Source: Tubiluchus corallicola
Taxonomy: Eukaryota; Animalia; Priapulida
Length of the DNA: 64,000 nucleotides
Direction of reading: 5' to 3'
Assembly (NCBI GenBank): GCA_030141605.1
Contig: JAQGDQ010000458.1
Location: 1-64,000, forward strand
Each line of letters opens with the position of its first letter. The stretch's first letter is position 1. The notes beneath the pieces were generated by a model, which was not told where the DNA came from, made no database searches, and saw only the letters and a program-made list of their open reading frames with translations. Shown piece after piece: positions 60,808 to 64,000 of the stretch. A program made the position numbers and the translations under genes.

Positions 60808-61359
60808 TAGGGTTACCATACATCTGGGTTTCCCCGGACACGTCCTCTTTACGGGCCTCTGTCCGGGCGGGTTTTCAAAAAATCGGCAGTTTGTCCGGGT
60901 TTTGCCTCAATCCGTATGTATGGACATTGCCAACTGCAGGGGCGTGCGACAGTATGAGACAAAAGAAAAGCTCGTTAATTTTCAATACAAGATGTTGCTA
61001 ACATCTCAAAATGCAACCCTTGTATAAGCTTTGTGTACATATTTACTGAACAAAAGTAAGCGATGCATAAATCACTATGAGTCACACAACTCAGACGGCT
61101 GTCGATACTCGGCATATTCGCTAATGAATAACTATGTGCAGCATGGTACCAACGCACTTGATCTTGACATTGAGTCACTACTGTTAAAAATTTACAACTT
61201 CTTCTCAATTTACACTGGTCGAACCGAACATCTGAAAGAATACTGCGAATTTGTTGAAGTGGAATATTGTCAGCTCCTTTAATTTATCACTATTTTTGCC
61301 TATTTACAAGTGAGCGAAAAAGTGTCCTCTTTTTCAACTCAGGCAACATGGTAACCCTA
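60808..61359 (+). mobile_element. Internally deleted hAT transposon retaining a transposase fragment
   Basis: TIR TAGGGTTACCAT / ATGGTAACCCTA; TSD ACTATACA/ACCATACA. Internal peptide LMNNYVQHG...DIESLLLKIYNFFSIYTGRTEHLKEYCEFVEVEY resembles the hAT transposase region preceding the TRW motif. Confidence 0.8.
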
Positions 61360-61949
61360 ACCATACATGCATTGTGTGTGAAAATGTGTGCATATTCTGA
61401 TACAAATTGTCACAGCACGCTTTTGCTATCTGTAAAATACATAGGTTTAGGCTTCAGCAATTAATTTTTTAATTACTAATTTTAATCATTCGATAACACC
61501 ACAGGCAAGCGTAGAAAACGGACTTTTTATATTTCAAGTGCAAAAACAATTTTGTAAAAATCAGATTATCAAATCGGATTATCATGCTTTGCAGTAAAAA
61601 CCAAAACAGGAAAAAAAATCAATAAAGTGTGACCTCGCTGGCACATTTTGTACGAGCTCATTCAACAGCAACGAAGAGTGAGCACCAGAATGGAACTACG
61701 CCAGTCTTACAAGCTGCAATGTCACAAAATAAATTTAAAGAAAGCTCAAGTATAGACCCGCTTTCATAACCCGGTTGATAATTGTGTATATTTAATATCT
61801 TTGTCTACCTTTTCAATGCAAAGCTTAGCTTGTACTTTTTGCGGTGCACACAAATAAGTTTAGTTGCAGAAGCCTAGCAGCCTCCCAAATAAAAACAGTA
61901 CGCGCTAACATCGCTACATCAAAAATATGTACTTAGTACTCTTATGTGC

Positions 61950-62300
61950 CAAGCCTTCACACGGTTCTTTAAAGACCTTGGACAGGCGTCGCAACGATTT
62001 AAAATCAGTTGCTTTTAGAAGTCTTCTTTTTTTGTCACTTATTATAAATGAATGGTAAATTATGCGCATTAATACTAAAACTGCTGTAGAAGGAAGTGAC
62101 GACATTCGCCAAACGGAGGTTACGTACTACATAACTTCCTTTCGGTGTTATGGTGTACGAACGTTAGTTCGTGTTTAGCGTTTGGTAAGATATTTTCTGA
62201 TAATGCTAGAACGTTATCGCTTAATTTGTTAATGTCTTTCAACGTCTATTGCATTAGTAATCGCGTAGATTTATTTTCGAGGCCTGCTGTTGACTAACGA
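61950..62300. promoter_or_regulatory. Candidate (possibly bidirectional) promoter region
   Basis: Relatively CpG-rich; opposed ETS-like cores GGAAGTG (62092) and ACTTCC (62134); ACATAACTTCCTTTC(C)GGT motif also at 5322; plus-strand donor TTG|GTAAGA at 62185. Confidence 0.3.
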
Positions 62301-62689
62301 GATTGGATTTTTTAGATTCCAATTTTAAACAATACTGTAGCGTTAATTTTGAAGATTTGAATACCAGAGGATTATTAGCTAGTTATTAAAGGTACGCTTA
62401 TGAAATGCGGGAGTGCTAAGCTCCTTGAGTAAGACTTGATCTATAGTCTTTTATATGCACTAACATGTTAGCGGATAATAAGCTTTAAATCCTGTACTTA
62501 AGTGTTTATGAACCATTTTTGAATTTTCTTGCCAAATTGTGCCCATATAATAGGACATATTTGAATCTATTTGTTCAATTTTTGCCAGCAAGCCTTTCAA
62601 AAAATAAACTGAAAATGTAAAACAATAGCTTTTAATGTCTGTATAAAAACTGTGTGCAGTGGAGGGTGCAGGTAAATACAGATACGGAA

Positions 62690-63540
62690 TAATTTATTTG
62701 TCTCAATAACATAATCAACATAGCATTAACAAATGATATGACTACTAAGAGAGACAGGGTGGCGAAAAGACCGAAAGGTCATCGAGTCTGCCACCCTTCT
62801 ACGGATTTAATAACAAAACTCTACTTAGATTAGTACTGTGAACTATGAAAGTTAAACTATAATGTAAATTAAATTATATTTTATCTAAAGCATTATTCTT
62901 GTATATCAACAGTTGTTAGTTACTACCACATGCATATGTTATACTTGCATAGCTGGATTAGTCAGTAATATGTGAAAATAATTTGAAGTTACAAATTAAA
63001 ACTTAATCAACATTTTCTCATATAGCGTAACTGTTAATTGATACTGACCACATGCAGCCATAAGCATAGCGAGGGCATGCACCACTTACCACAGGTTTGA
63101 CTATAAGTGTTTCGCTAAATTCACATGTGCAAACTGAATAACCATCCATGTATAACGTAATTCCATAAGGTCATTTTCAGTATTTTATCTCAAACCTTAA
63201 GCATCTGGAAATATTTACAAACACGATTAACAGGACGTAAAATAATTAACGAGCATAGAATTATAAATCAATCTATAGCTTAAGATGATTATTAATAAAT
63301 ATAACAAAAATCAAACAGAAAATGTATTGACGCGAATCGTAAGTCTATAACTGCTGTCTTTGTATGTTGTCTATAATGTAACATTGTGGAGAACAAAATT
63401 TAGCATGAAGAAGTATAAGATGTTATAGCCCAAAATGTCTTCTTCGTATAAAAATTTAATCCTGGGTATACCCTAGGACCGTGGTGGAGAGGATATATTT
63501 TATTGTGTACATGGCTTGCGGTGTATGAAATACACTTGGC
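62690..63540 (-). mobile_element. Degenerate CR1-like LINE fragment
   Basis: CR1-like 3' stem-loop GGGTGGCAGACTCGATGACCTTTCGGTCTTTTCGCCACCC at about 62757-62797, shared with 43787-43825. Upstream extent uncertain. Confidence 0.5.
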
Positions 63541-63624
63541 TAAGCTTTTCTATGTGGAATATAAATTGAGCATTAATGTTATTTTTATTTATGTTTTTCA
63601 AAAGTAGGTAGGACTAAGACGTAA

Positions 63625-63777
<153 letters not shown>

Positions 63778-64000
63778 TGACTAATTTAAATGATGGTTTA
63801 CAATTTTGCTGCTATAATGATAATAGTTAAAATTTTATGGATGGGTTTTTCTTCGTAAATTATATTATAGTCGTGTTTGATGTTTAATATACAGTCTTAT
63901 GCAAGCTTTACTCCAAGTTTAAAATAAAAACTGATGTGAGTTTACAAATATAACAGGAGAGTATGGCCTGCGCAACAAACGCGAAGTATGGAGGGTGAAA

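Noticed and set aside
62757-62797. Hammerhead ribozyme-like stem-loop (also 43787-43825)
   Set aside because: Lacks the CUGAUGA/GAAA core and matches the CR1 LINE 3'-terminal hairpin pattern better.

Overview
AT-rich eukaryotic (invertebrate animal-like) genomic DNA. The main feature is a head-to-tail array of 15 paralogous, intronless zinc-finger ORFs, all on the minus strand (3.8-58.7 kb). Each ORF has the same parts: (i) a nearly invariant N-terminal atypical C2H2 module (Y[FY]KCT[AS]CSECF..E..FFAH[TS]RTWHCK[IV]LV), (ii) an unalignable acidic-then-basic linker carrying SUMO-type psi-K-x-E motifs, and (iii) one or two C-terminal finger pairs (W/Y/F-QCxxCFYHT...HTGE[KR]P) with variable recognition helices. 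Every ORF has its own strong-context ATG, preceded 18-55 nt upstream by a TTTCAG-type 3' splice acceptor in mixed reading phase. So each complete CDS appears to be spliced to a non-coding leader. Three models fit: shared leader exon(s) with alternative whole-CDS terminal exons, a trans-spliced operon, or one private leader per gene. The sequence alone cannot decide between them. The spacers contain tandem Helitron-type elements, hAT and Tc1/pogo-type MITEs, CR1/L2 and RTE LINE fragments, minisatellites and microsatellites. I saw no rRNA, tRNA or CRISPR.
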